A stretch of 64,000 bases of DNA from Tubulanus polymorphus (lineage: Eukaryota; Animalia; Nemertea). Below, one piece after another: positions 1-10,740 of this stretch. Under the pieces are notes generated by a model. That model had not been told where the DNA came from. It searched no databases and saw only the letters and a program-made list of their open reading frames with translations. Location of the stretch: contig NC_134034.1 of assembly GCF_964204645.1 (NCBI RefSeq), forward strand, positions 1,178,001 to 1,242,000, given 5' to 3'. Position 1 is the first letter of the stretch. Every line of letters starts with the position of its first letter. The position numbers were made by a program, and so were the translations under genes.

Positions 1-362
1 CTGAACGAAATGATGCGGTACAAAATTGTGCCAGAACACCTCCCCCCACACTCCCCTTCCTCCCCACACACTCCCCCCTCCCCCTCCGAGTTCCGATTCA
101 GATGACTCTCATAACGTGACGTGTTTCGAAAACTCAAAATTTTCAACGACCGTTTGAGTAGGTCGGGGGGAGGGGAGTCTAGTGACGTGAAGAGCCCATC
201 CCCGGCGATATCGTCACTACCCGATATCACTACGCTTAAAAAAAAACAACCTCACCGAATAAAACTATGTTAACAGCACTTCTAGTCTTTCTCACATCTC
301 ATATAAGTTGACAGAAATCAATATCTAGAGATTTATTTCAATATTTCATGATTACATCGTCG

Positions 363-571
363 CGTTTAACCCTCTCCTCGCTGTACGTTTAACCCTCACC
401 TCGCGGTACGTTTAACCCTCTCCTCGCGGTACGTTTAACCCTCTCCTCGCTGTACGTTTAACCCTCTCCTCGCTGTACGTTTAACCCTCTCCTCGCTGTA
501 CGTTTAACCCTCCTCGCTGTACGTTTAACCCTCTCCTCGCTGTACGTTTAACCCTCTCCTCGCTGTACGTT
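363..571. repeat. 23-bp minisatellite (CGTTTAACCCTCTCCTCGCTGTA) x~9
   Basis: Direct tandem copies. Confidence 0.95.
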
Positions 572-1359
572 CATCTGATCTCATGACGACCGGACCACGG
601 CCTACGAGGGACTTTACTCTATTGAGTTGATCTTTTAACCGTAGGACTCGACGACAGCCTTAGAGGGAAAGGAACCACCAAGAAAACTGAGTTTCAAACC
701 TAATAGCTTTTTTCAAATTTTCAGATATTTGAAAAGAAAGACCCGTGGAGAAAATATTGATACCTTGTTTCTCATTTCTGCTGAGCCTAAAAATTTTACC
801 CGGCCGGCCGTCTAGCTACCCTGTACATGATCAAACTCACAATAACGGAGACCTGACAGTTATAGAAATGAACTGATTACAAATTTCATTGCAGTTTACA
901 AAAGTGACCCGGCCGTTTAGGAGAAACAAAGTATCCTTTTACTTCTAGCCTGAATTTTCTAAGAAGCAAATTAAGATTTGAAGCCTAATTACATTTTGAT
1001 CTGAGAAAGCTGAAGTAGTCACTGTTGTGATTATTACAGTGTGACTCGCGGTGGAGTGTTGAGAGCTCAACAAACAATAGAATTTAATCAATTCTATTGT
1101 CACACAGTCAATATTATAATATCATATGATTAATGAGTAGAACAATAACCCCTTCTCCCTCCCCTCCACCTCCCCTCCCCTCCCCTTCCCCCACCGGCGG
1201 TGGCTTACTCAACAGATGTAAAGAGAACAGATGTTTAAAGTAAATGATGTGAAAAATTATTCTTTTCAAATCTTACAACAGATTTTTCATCCAATTCATC
1301 GACAAAGCAAAGAATTCTTTTAACACAAATTGGATAAATAAATAATATATTAATAATGG

Positions 1360-1755
1360 GTTTGACTATGAATCCAGTTCCACAGTTGTGTGGGTTTAAT
1401 TTGACTCTGGATCCAGTTCCACAGTTGTGTGGGTTTGATTTGACTCTGGATCCAGTTCCACAGTTGTGTGGGTTTAATTTGACTCTGAATCCAGTTCCAC
1501 AGTTGTATAGGTTTAATTTGACTCTGAACCCAGCTCCACAGTTGAGTGGGTTTAATTTGACTCTGAACCCAGTTCCACATTTGTGTGGATTTAATTTGAC
1601 TCTGGATCCAGTTCCACAGTTGTGTGGGTTTAATTTGACTCTGGATCCGGTTCCACAGTTGTGTGGGCTTAATTTGACTCTAAATCCCACAGTTGTGTGT
1701 GAGTTTAATTCGACTCTGGATCCAGTTCCACAGTTGTGCGAGTTGGATTCGACTT
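1360..1755. repeat. 39-bp minisatellite derived from a MITE end (GGATCCAGTTCCACAGTTGTGTGGGTTTAATTTGACTCT) x~10
   Basis: 39-bp period; explains the ORFs at 1235-1927. Confidence 0.95.
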
Positions 1756-1993
1756 TCAGATTTAAAACCTCTAAATCCCGTAATATATATATTGAGATAT
1801 AATAATCAGACACAGCAGCGTGGTGCGTGGTGTGTGGTATATAATGTGACGCTACTGCAATCAGTGTATGATACATCATATAATAAGCCTCTCTACTCTG
1901 AATGATCGCTCGTGAAAAAGACACCAAAGATAAAAGGCTAACAAACTAATCAATCAAATGAACATTTAATGTATTTCATCAGTCGCGACTCTA

Positions 1994-3203
1994 AGCCTTT
2001 CCCCTGTCTCGCTATCAGAGTCTCTTCTACCCAGCTATCAGCCTTTCCCCTGCCTCGCTATCAGAGTCTCTTCTACCCAGCTATCAGAGTCTCTCCTACC
2101 CAGCTATCAGCCTTTCCCCTGTCTCGCTATCAGAGTCTCTTCTACCCAGCTATCAGCCTTTCCCCTGCCTTGCTATCAGAGTCTCTTCTACCCAGCTATC
2201 AGCCTTTCCCCTGCCTCGCTATCAGAGTCTCTTCTACCCAGCTATCAGCCTTTCCCCTGCCTCGCTATCAGAGTCTCTTCTACCCAGCTATCAGCCTTTC
2301 CCCTGCCTCGCTATCAGAGTCTCTTCTACCCAGCTATCAGCCTTTCCCCTGTCTCGTTATCAGAGACTCTTCTACCCAGCTATCAGCCTTTCCCCTGCCT
2401 CGCTATCAGAGTCTCTTCTACCCAGCTATCAGAGTCTCTTCTACCCAGCTATCAGCCTTTCCCCTGCCTTGCTATCAGAGTCTCTTCTACCCAGCTATCA
2501 GCCTTTCCCCTGCCTTGCTATCAGAGTCTCTCCTACCCAGCTATCAGCCTTTCCCCTGCCTCGCTATCAGAGTCTCTTCTACCCAGCTATCAGAGTCTCT
2601 TCTACCCAGCTATCAGCTTTTCCCCTGTCTCGCTATCAGAGTCTCTTCTACCCAGCTATCAGCCTTTCCCCTGCCTCGCTATCAGAGTCTCTTCTACCCA
2701 GCTATCAGAGTCTCTTCTACCCAGCTATCAGCCTTTCCCCTGCCTTGCTATCAGAGTCTCTCCTACCCAGCTATCAGCCTTTCCCCTGCCTCGCTATCAG
2801 AGTCTCTTCTACCCAGCTATCAGCCTTTCCCCTGCCTTGCTATCAGAGTCTCTTCTACCCAGATATCAGCCTTTCCCCTGCCTTGCTATCAGAGTCTCTC
2901 CTACCCAGCTACCAGCCTTTCCCCTGCCTTGCTATCAGAGTCTCTCCTACCCAGCTATCAGCCTTTCCCCTGCCTTGCTATCAGAGTCTCTCCTACCCAG
3001 CTACCAGCCTTTCCCCTGCCTTGCTATCAGAGTCTCTTCTACCCAGCTATCAGCCTTTCCCCTGCCTTGCTATCAGAGTCTCTCCTACCCAGCTACCAGC
3101 CTTTCCCCTGCCTTGCTATCAGAGTCTCTCCTACCCAGCTATCAGCCTTTCCCCTGCCTTGCTATCAGAGTCTCTTCTACCCAGCTATCAGCCTTTCCCC
3201 TGT
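1994..3203. repeat. 46-bp (2x23) minisatellite (GCTATCAGAGTCTCTTCTACCCA-GCTATCAGCCTTTCCCCTGCCTY)
   Basis: Tandem array; explains the 439/300/124-aa ORFs. Confidence 0.95.
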
Positions 3204-3531
3204 CGTGCTAGCGGAGTCCCCTCCATCCAGCTATACCCATGCTTTGTGCATCACATGGTCCCTACAGATCGGTCATTCCTGGATATAAGGAGTTTTGAAG
3301 GAGAAAATTTTAATTTTTCATATTCCAATTACGGTAAATCGATACTGTTTATCTCGGTAAACCATTATTAATTCAGTGGTTTTATAAGCAAATTTTTATC
3401 CTTTACACTAATTAAACTAAGTTTGTAATTAGGAAACCGCCTAAAAATCTTGGTTCCAAACATATCGATTTAGGTGTAGTTTACTGTCGTACAACAACAA
3501 ACATTTCTAATTGCCTATTGCGCAATGGCGG

Positions 3532-3763
3532 TCTATTCGTTTTAAATCGGGCATCGTTCAGGGATGAACGTCGAGCCCACTCGCGATCTATTCGTTTTAA
3601 ATCGGGCATCGTTTAGGGATGAACGTCGAGCCCATTCGCGATCTATTCGTTTTAAATCGGGCATCGTTCAGGGATGAACGTCGAGCCCACTCGCGATCTA
3701 TTCGTTTTAAATCGGGCATCGTTCAGGGATGAACGTCGAGCCCACTCGCGATCTATTCGTTTT
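3532..3763. repeat. 55-bp tandem repeat with an internal hairpin, x~4
   Basis: Unit contains GGGC-at-CGTTCA-ggga-TGAACG-tcga-GCCC. Confidence 0.9.
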
Positions 3764-4584
3764 TATTTCTAATCATCACTCCCCGAAAAAACACGATCAA
3801 TAATTCAACGCAAATCGCATTTCAATCATCATAATACTCAGTAACCGTGACGATATAAACGCTCTGCGCGGCGATGCGTCGCGCATTGTTGCGTATCGAA
3901 ATCGTCGTCAAAATTTACGATTATTGAAACCAACGGCGATATTGAACATTTATTCAAATGTTTATTACACAAACAATTGATGGAAATACCCGTCTAGAAA
4001 ATATGGCTGCCTCCTTAAATCACCCTATGACATCATCAATAATCCCCCTATGACATCATCAATATGCCTGCTAGTGATTTAACCTATTGACAGTTCGAGA
4101 AAAGATGTCAGCCTCCATAAATCCCCCTATGACATCATCAAATTGTCTACTAGTGATTTGACCCTCCCAGAAATCACCCTATGACATCATAGTTGTTGTC
4201 AATAGTGACCGGTGACCGGAGCAGCAGACGCAACGCGATTAACCCCCCTCACTCCCTCCTCCCTCTCCTCCCCGTGCTCGGTTTGTTTATCTAATCAATG
4301 TTGAGACTGATTGTTAATTTCCTGTCGACGATATCCGACACACGGCGACGACGAAAACCGCAAACCCGAAAACAGACACGGACCACTTCCCCCTCGAGTG
4401 ATCCGTCCGAAACATGAAACTCCCGATGATGAAATATCGTTAATTACTCTCGGGTCTTAGCGGTGATTACCATCCCGCGTCCTCGTCGTCGATGGCGATG
4501 AAATTTGTTTTATTGTTGCCGCTAGAGTTTATATAAATATCGCGTGTATTTACACAACGTGACGATTCTGAAACCACGACCGTC

Positions 4585-4883
4585 CCCGGAACCACCGGGA
4601 CGTGATCATCAACCCCTCGAACTCCTCCCTGGAACCACCGGGACGTGATCATCAACCCCTCAAACTCCTCCCCGGAACCACCGGGACGTGATCATCAACC
4701 CCTCGAACTCCTCCCCGGAACCACCGGGACGTGATCATCAACCCCTCAAACTCCTCCCTGGAACCACCGGGACGTGATCATCAACCCCTCAAACTCCTCC
4801 CTGGAACAACCGGGACGTGATCATCAACCCCTCGAACTCCTCCCTGGAACAACCGGGACGTGATCATCAACCCCTCAAACTCC
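4585..4883. repeat. 43-bp minisatellite x7
   Basis: GGAACCACCGGGACGTGATCATCAACCCCTCRAACTCCTCCCY. Confidence 0.95.
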
Positions 4884-4914
4884 AGAACCAAACACATAGG
4901 CAGAGATACGAAGG

Positions 4915-5352
4915 AAGAACAGACAGATAGACAGAGCAAACAGACAGTTAGGAAGGACAGATGGACTGACAGACAGAAATACGAAGCAGAGTGACAGAGC
5001 TAGAGAGGACAGACAGACCGATAGGAAGCAGATAGACACAGATAGGAAGCAGATAGATAGGAAGCAGATAGATAGGAAGCAGATAGACAGCGATAGGAAG
5101 CAGATAGACAGAGATAGGAAGCAGATAGATAGGAAGCAGATAGATAGGAAGCAGATAGACAGCGATAGGAAGCAGACAGACAGAGATAGGAAGCAGATAG
5201 ACAGGAAGCAGATAGATAGGAAGCAGATAGACAGAGATAGGAATCCGATACAGAGATAGGAATCAGATAGACAGGAAGCAGATAGACAGCGATAGGAAGC
5301 AGATAGACAGAGATAGGAATCAGATAGACAGAGATAGGAATCAGATAGACAG
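4915..5352. repeat. GATA/GACA-rich low-complexity repeat
   Basis: GATAGGAAGCAGATAGACA units. Confidence 0.9.
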
Positions 5353-5717
5353 TATGTATAGCTGTAATGATGTTGTATGTATCTAAGATGTAACAGTGAT
5401 TCAGAGGCAGACGACCGAACGACCGACGGAACAAACAGTTTGACAGACGGACGAACATTGTATCCCTCGGCGACGACGCAGTAATTTCTGACATAATTTC
5501 GCCGCGAAAAATGATATACGACCACAATTCGACCAGTGACGTTCGTTCGGATCGAAATCTCGCCGGCTTTCAATATATCAAATATCTAAACACGATATAC
5601 ACTGACTAATGAATCAGCCGGGATCTTAGAGGCGAGGGGAGCGTGGGGGGAGGCAGCGGGGAGCAGAGGGGGGATTCTCAGACGGGACTCATTCCGTATA
5701 TACATTAAATTGGATAT

Positions 5718-5941
5718 TAATATATATCTCATATCATATAATATATATCTCATATAAATATAATATATATCTCATATCATATAATATATATCTCATATAA
5801 ATATAATATATATCTCATATAACATAATATATATCTCATACAAAATAATATATATATCATATAGCATAATATATATCTCATATAATATAATATATATCTC
5901 CTACAATACAATATATATCTCATATAATATAATATATATCT
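5718..5941. repeat. AT-rich ~21-bp minisatellite
   Basis: ATAATATATATCTCATAT units. Confidence 0.9.
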
Positions 5942-6738
5942 GAGGCGTAGTATCTTAAACATGTAGGATTCGGCGATCCCGATGAGGGTTGAGTTTATCT
6001 AATTTGTGACCTCGCGCATTCTAAACCCACAGGGTGAGGGATTACACGCTGTATTGATGTGAAGATAAGTTCATCTGACAACTGTCTGACCCGAGGGTCC
6101 TCGGCTATACACTGCACAGTATCCAACTCAAAACAGTCGTGAATTCGTGAGTTTCAATTAGTTCTTTTTCAGTTATTTTAACTCGAAGTTGAATCTTAAA
6201 CCAGAATTTTAGAAGCATCAGGTTTGAACCCAGCAGTTAGGCTCAAAACAATTACACCTGACTCAGAGTTTTAGAACATTATGGAAAGGCAATTTGAAAT
6301 TCATTTGATTCATATTTTTATGTTACATCTGCTTAAACTGAAATTATCTATTTACTACTGCCATAAGGTCACCTGGCCGGTGACATCATAGCCAACCAAA
6401 GCCTTTAGCCTAGGTCATGTGACCAGGACACCAGCCACCACTTCTAACACTAACCCGAGGTCACCTGACCAGGCTATACATATTCATAGCCTTAGGTCAG
6501 CTGACTGGTGATAGCTCAGCCAATCAAACCCCTAGCTGTAGGTCACCTGACCAGCCTATACATATTCATAACCCTAGGTCACCTGGCTGGTAATAGAACA
6601 GCCAATCAAACCCCTAGCTGTAGGTCACCTGACCACAGGGTGGATTGTAAGTGGGTGGGCTGGTCAGTCCTATATCAGTCATTGCTCAAGAGTCTGACAA
6701 TAAGTTGTGGATATGAATGGAATAGTAATATAGCTGAC

Positions 6739-7127
6739 AGACATACTATAGACACTGACACTGACATACTATAGACACTGACACTGACATACTATAGACA
6801 CTGACACTGACATACTATAGACACTGACACTGACATACTATAGACACTGACACTGACATACTATAGACACTGACACTGACATACTATAGACACTGACACT
6901 GACATACTATAGACACTGACACTGACATACTATAGACACTGACACTGACATACTATAGACACTGACACTGACATACTATAGACACTGACACTGACATACT
7001 ATAGACACTGACACTGACATACTATAGACACTGACACTGACATACTATAGACACTGACACTGACATACTATAGACACTGACACTGACATACTATAGACAC
7101 TGACACTGACATACTATAGACACTGAC
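6739..7127. repeat. 23-bp minisatellite (GACACTGACACTGACATACTATA) x~16
   Basis: Perfect tandem copies. Confidence 0.95.
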
Positions 7128-7165
7128 TGCTGAAGACATGATAAATGAGTTCAGAATACAGTAAT

Positions 7166-7454
7166 AAGGAATACAGTATTCCTGAAGATGACTATTAGGA
7201 TATAGTCCCCAAACGTTGAATAAACTACACTAACTCAAGGAATACAGTATTCCTGAAGATGACTATTAGGATATAGTCCCCAAACGTTGAATAAACTACA
7301 CTAACTCAAGGAATACAGTATTCCTGAAGATGACTATTAGGATATAGTCCCCAAACGTTGAATAAACTACACTAGCTCAAGGAATACAGTATTCCTGAAG
7401 ATGACTATTAGGATATAGTCCCCAAACGTTGAATAAACTACACTAACTCAAGGA
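7166..7454 (+). repeat. 71-bp tandem array (4 copies) with a degenerate hammerhead-like Penelope-type motif
   Basis: Unit contains TATTC-CTGAAGA-T-GACTAT-tagga-TATAGTC-ccCAAA-CGTT-GAATA-AA; the GAAA core reads CAAA. Confidence 0.75.
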
Positions 7455-8274
7455 AACATTTCAGGCTCTTTTTATTCTTATTGCGCGGGGGATTTTATCT
7501 AATCTTTACAATGCGGACTCGGAGAGCGTTAAGCGATAAAGATGTCCTACGACCATATGGCTCTCGACCGCCAATACACACACCGAACAGAAGAGATGAC
7601 ATTATCAACAAATCAGATCTTACGAACACTTTACACAAACCGCACAAATTATCAAGAGAAAGAGACCGAGAGAGAGATATTCATAGATCGCGTGCTGTTC
7701 CCATTATTCGTCGGTAATTCGTCGACATTTTCGCCGCACTTAAAGAATTACGTCGCGAATATCGCGGAATTATCGTCGTAACCAAAAATCGGCATTTTCT
7801 CATAATAATACGTCGTAATATCGGCATCGCGCGTTTATTATGTTTTTCTTCGTTCGAAAAGAAAATTACAATTCGTCGTCGTCGTCGACGACGTTTGAAA
7901 TCGTAAAATCGCGGCGATGAAAGTTGTAAACGACCGGGATTTGCGGCAGACGACAAAATCAGACTAATAATACTAGATACAGATTGTATTTGATATGCCT
8001 GGAGCCACCCACTAGAGATTACTCCGAACAGAATTATCTGAATATCCTTGTAGCCGCCCGCTGCAGAAAGGGATGGCCCCGAATACCCATGATTAAGATA
8101 TTTCCGGAGCCACCCACTAGAGAAACCGACAACTCTGAATAACATGATTTGGATATTCTTGAAGCCACCCACTAGAGAAATGGATGGATATTCCCGGAGC
8201 CACCCTCTAGAGAAATGGATGGATATTCCCGGAGCCACCCTCTAGAGAAATGGATGACTCCGAACTAGGACCTC

Positions 8275-8515
8275 TGGTAGAACCAGTCACAGTAGAACCA
8301 AGCCCGGTAGAACCAGGTCTAGTAATACCAAGCCCTGTAGACAAGACCCAGTAGAACCAGCGTCTAGTTGAACCAGACCTGGTAGAACCAGACCCGGTAG
8401 AACCAGACCCTGTAGAACCAGACCCGGTAGAACCAGACCCTGTAGAACCAGACCCGGTAGAACCAGACCCAGTAGAACCAGACCCAGTAGAACCAGACCC
8501 GGTAGAACCGGTCAC
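8275..8515. repeat. 15-bp minisatellite (GTAGAACCAGACCCN)
   Basis: Explains the TGSGS-repeat ORF. Confidence 0.9.
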
Positions 8516-8819
8516 AGTTTCTCAGTGGTTGATGGTTGTTATCAGTGTGCGTGTGTTATTTTAACAGACACTCTAGTCTGTACTGTCAAGTGCTACTCTT
8601 CACGCCGTGTGCAACATTTTTATGATATCACTTAAAAGCACTTATACACGACGGAAATAAAGTCACCTTCTGTTCATATATTTCCTGCCCCCCTCCTCCA
8701 GTCGACCGTCCAACACGCAAAATGAAAAAAAATGTTCCCATTTTTTTGCTATCACGTCGCTGATGATTCATGTACTAACAGTTAATGAATATTGATCAAG
8801 GGTTTTTTAATGGTTGCAA

Positions 8820-9465
8820 CTTTTCCCTAATTGAGTACATGGTTCCTTTAATTAAGTACATGGTTCTCTTCCCTAATTGAGAACCTGGTTCCTTTAATCA
8901 AGTACATGGTTCTTTTCCCTAATTGAGAACCTGCTTCCTTTAATCAAGTACATGGTTCTCTTCCCCAATTGAGAACCTGGTTCCTTTAATTAAGTACATG
9001 GTTCTTTTCCCCAATTGAGAACCTGGTTCCTTTAATTAAGTACATGGTTCTTTTCCCTAATTGAGAACCTGCTTCCTTTAATCAAGTACATGGTTCTCTT
9101 CCCCAATTGAGAACCTGGTTCCTTTAATTAAGTACATGGTTCTTTTCCCCAATTGAGAACCTGGTTCCTTTAATTAAGTACATGGTTCTTTTCCCTAATT
9201 GAGAACCTGCTTCCTTTAATCAAGTACATGATTCTCTTCCCTAATTGAGAACCTGGTTCCTTTAATTAAGTACATGGTTCTTTTTCCTTATTGAGAACAT
9301 GGTTCCCTTAATCAAGTACATGGTTCTTTTCCCTAATTGATAACATGGTTCCTTTAATTAAGTAAATGGTTCTTTTCCCTAATTGAGAACATAGTTTCTT
9401 TTCCCGAATCAAGTACCTGGTTCCTCTAATCAAGTACATGGTTCCTTTGATTGAGTAAAGGTTCC
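8820..9465. repeat. 45-46-bp minisatellite (two related ~23-bp halves)
   Basis: CCCTAATTGAGAACCTGGTT-CCTTTAATYAAGTACATGGTTCTTTT. Confidence 0.9.
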
Positions 9466-10135
9466 ATATCTATGAACACTAATCTTAAATAACGATTGAG
9501 GCTTCATTTGAACCTCGAACTGCCGAATCGGGTTCTGTTTCTTATTTCATTTTTTAAAAAAACGCTGACTTGGCGAGCAGACGTTAACAGCCATGTGACT
9601 TCAGTTCACGTAAATCATCATAAGTGAATTAAACATGCCCGACGAACGAGTACAGATTAAAACTGAATATAACAGAATGCCAGCAGGCATTATGGATTAT
9701 ACTCAACAACGAGGCTTTTAATATTCAATCATTTAATCTATGGATTTGCGTAAATAACAAAGTGATAAACAGCTTTGACGTATTTTACCACTAAGTAGAG
9801 ATAATCCTACAATAAACGTTGTGTTAGACGTGAATATATTTCTACAAGTTTTAGACGAGTGACTGTTTAATTATTTTAAGAGAGCTAATTAGACATCTAC
9901 AGGTTATCATCACTATCAACTGATAGTCCTGATGCATCAATGTTTCGGTGTTGTGAAAAAATTTGTTTGCACATTTGTTACCGGGCACCTTTCAAACATT
10001 GAATACCAGTGGCCAACACAATGGCAGCCGCGAGGGCTCTTTCTCATGAGAGATAGTTTGGATCAGTCGACGTTGTAATCGATGACACACGCCATCTGGT
10101 GGTGAAACTATGAACACAGTAGAAACAGGGTAGTT

Positions 10136-10632
10136 AAATTCCCTGATTAAATTATAAGATATCCTCAGTGAGGGCTGTTTCTTATCAAGAGGTTCCTTGT
10201 GGGACTCATCACCAGCAAGTACAAGACACCAAAAATTCCCTGATTGAATTATAAGATATCCTCAGTTGGGGCTGTTTCTTATCAAGAGGTTCCTTGTGAC
10301 ATTCATCACCAGCAAGAACAAGAAGACACCAAAAATTCAAATTCCCTGATTGAATTATAAGATATCCTCAGTTGGGGCTGTTTCTTATCAAGAGGTTCCT
10401 TGTGACATTCATCACCAGCAAGTACAAGACACCAAAAATTCCCTGATTAAATTATAAGATATCCTCAGCGAGGGCTGTTTCTTATCAAGAGGTTCCTTGT
10501 GGGACTCATCACCAGCAAGTACAAGACACCAAAAATTCCCTGATTAAATTATAAGATATCCTCAGCGAGGGCTGTTTCTTATCAAGAGGTTCCTTGTGGG
10601 ACTCATCACCAGCAAGAACAACAAGACACCAA
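10136..10632. repeat. ~97-bp tandem repeat x5 inside a CAGGG/TTCCCTGA-type element
   Basis: AAATTCCCTGATTRAATTATAAGATATCCTCAG...CAAGACACCAA. Confidence 0.9.
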
Positions 10633-10740
10633 CAACAATTCTAATCCCTGACTTTTCCCTGACTTTTAAGATAAGTCAGAATTCCGCAAGTTTCCGCGAT
10701 CTGTAATAAACCCAGTGCACCTAAGAAGAATTCTACTTAC

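Noticed and set aside
1235-3371. Long repetitive ORFs (230, 439, 300 aa)
   Set aside because: Translations of 39-bp and 46-bp minisatellites, open in several frames, with no splice or homology support.
817-8420. miR-10-like words (TACCCTGTA at ~817, ACCCTGTAGAACC at ~8407)
   Set aside because: Only partial matches, inside a small inverted-repeat element and a 15-bp minisatellite, with no pre-miRNA hairpin.
3532-10632. CRISPR-like appearance of the tandem arrays
   Set aside because: No unique spacers, no cas genes, eukaryotic context.
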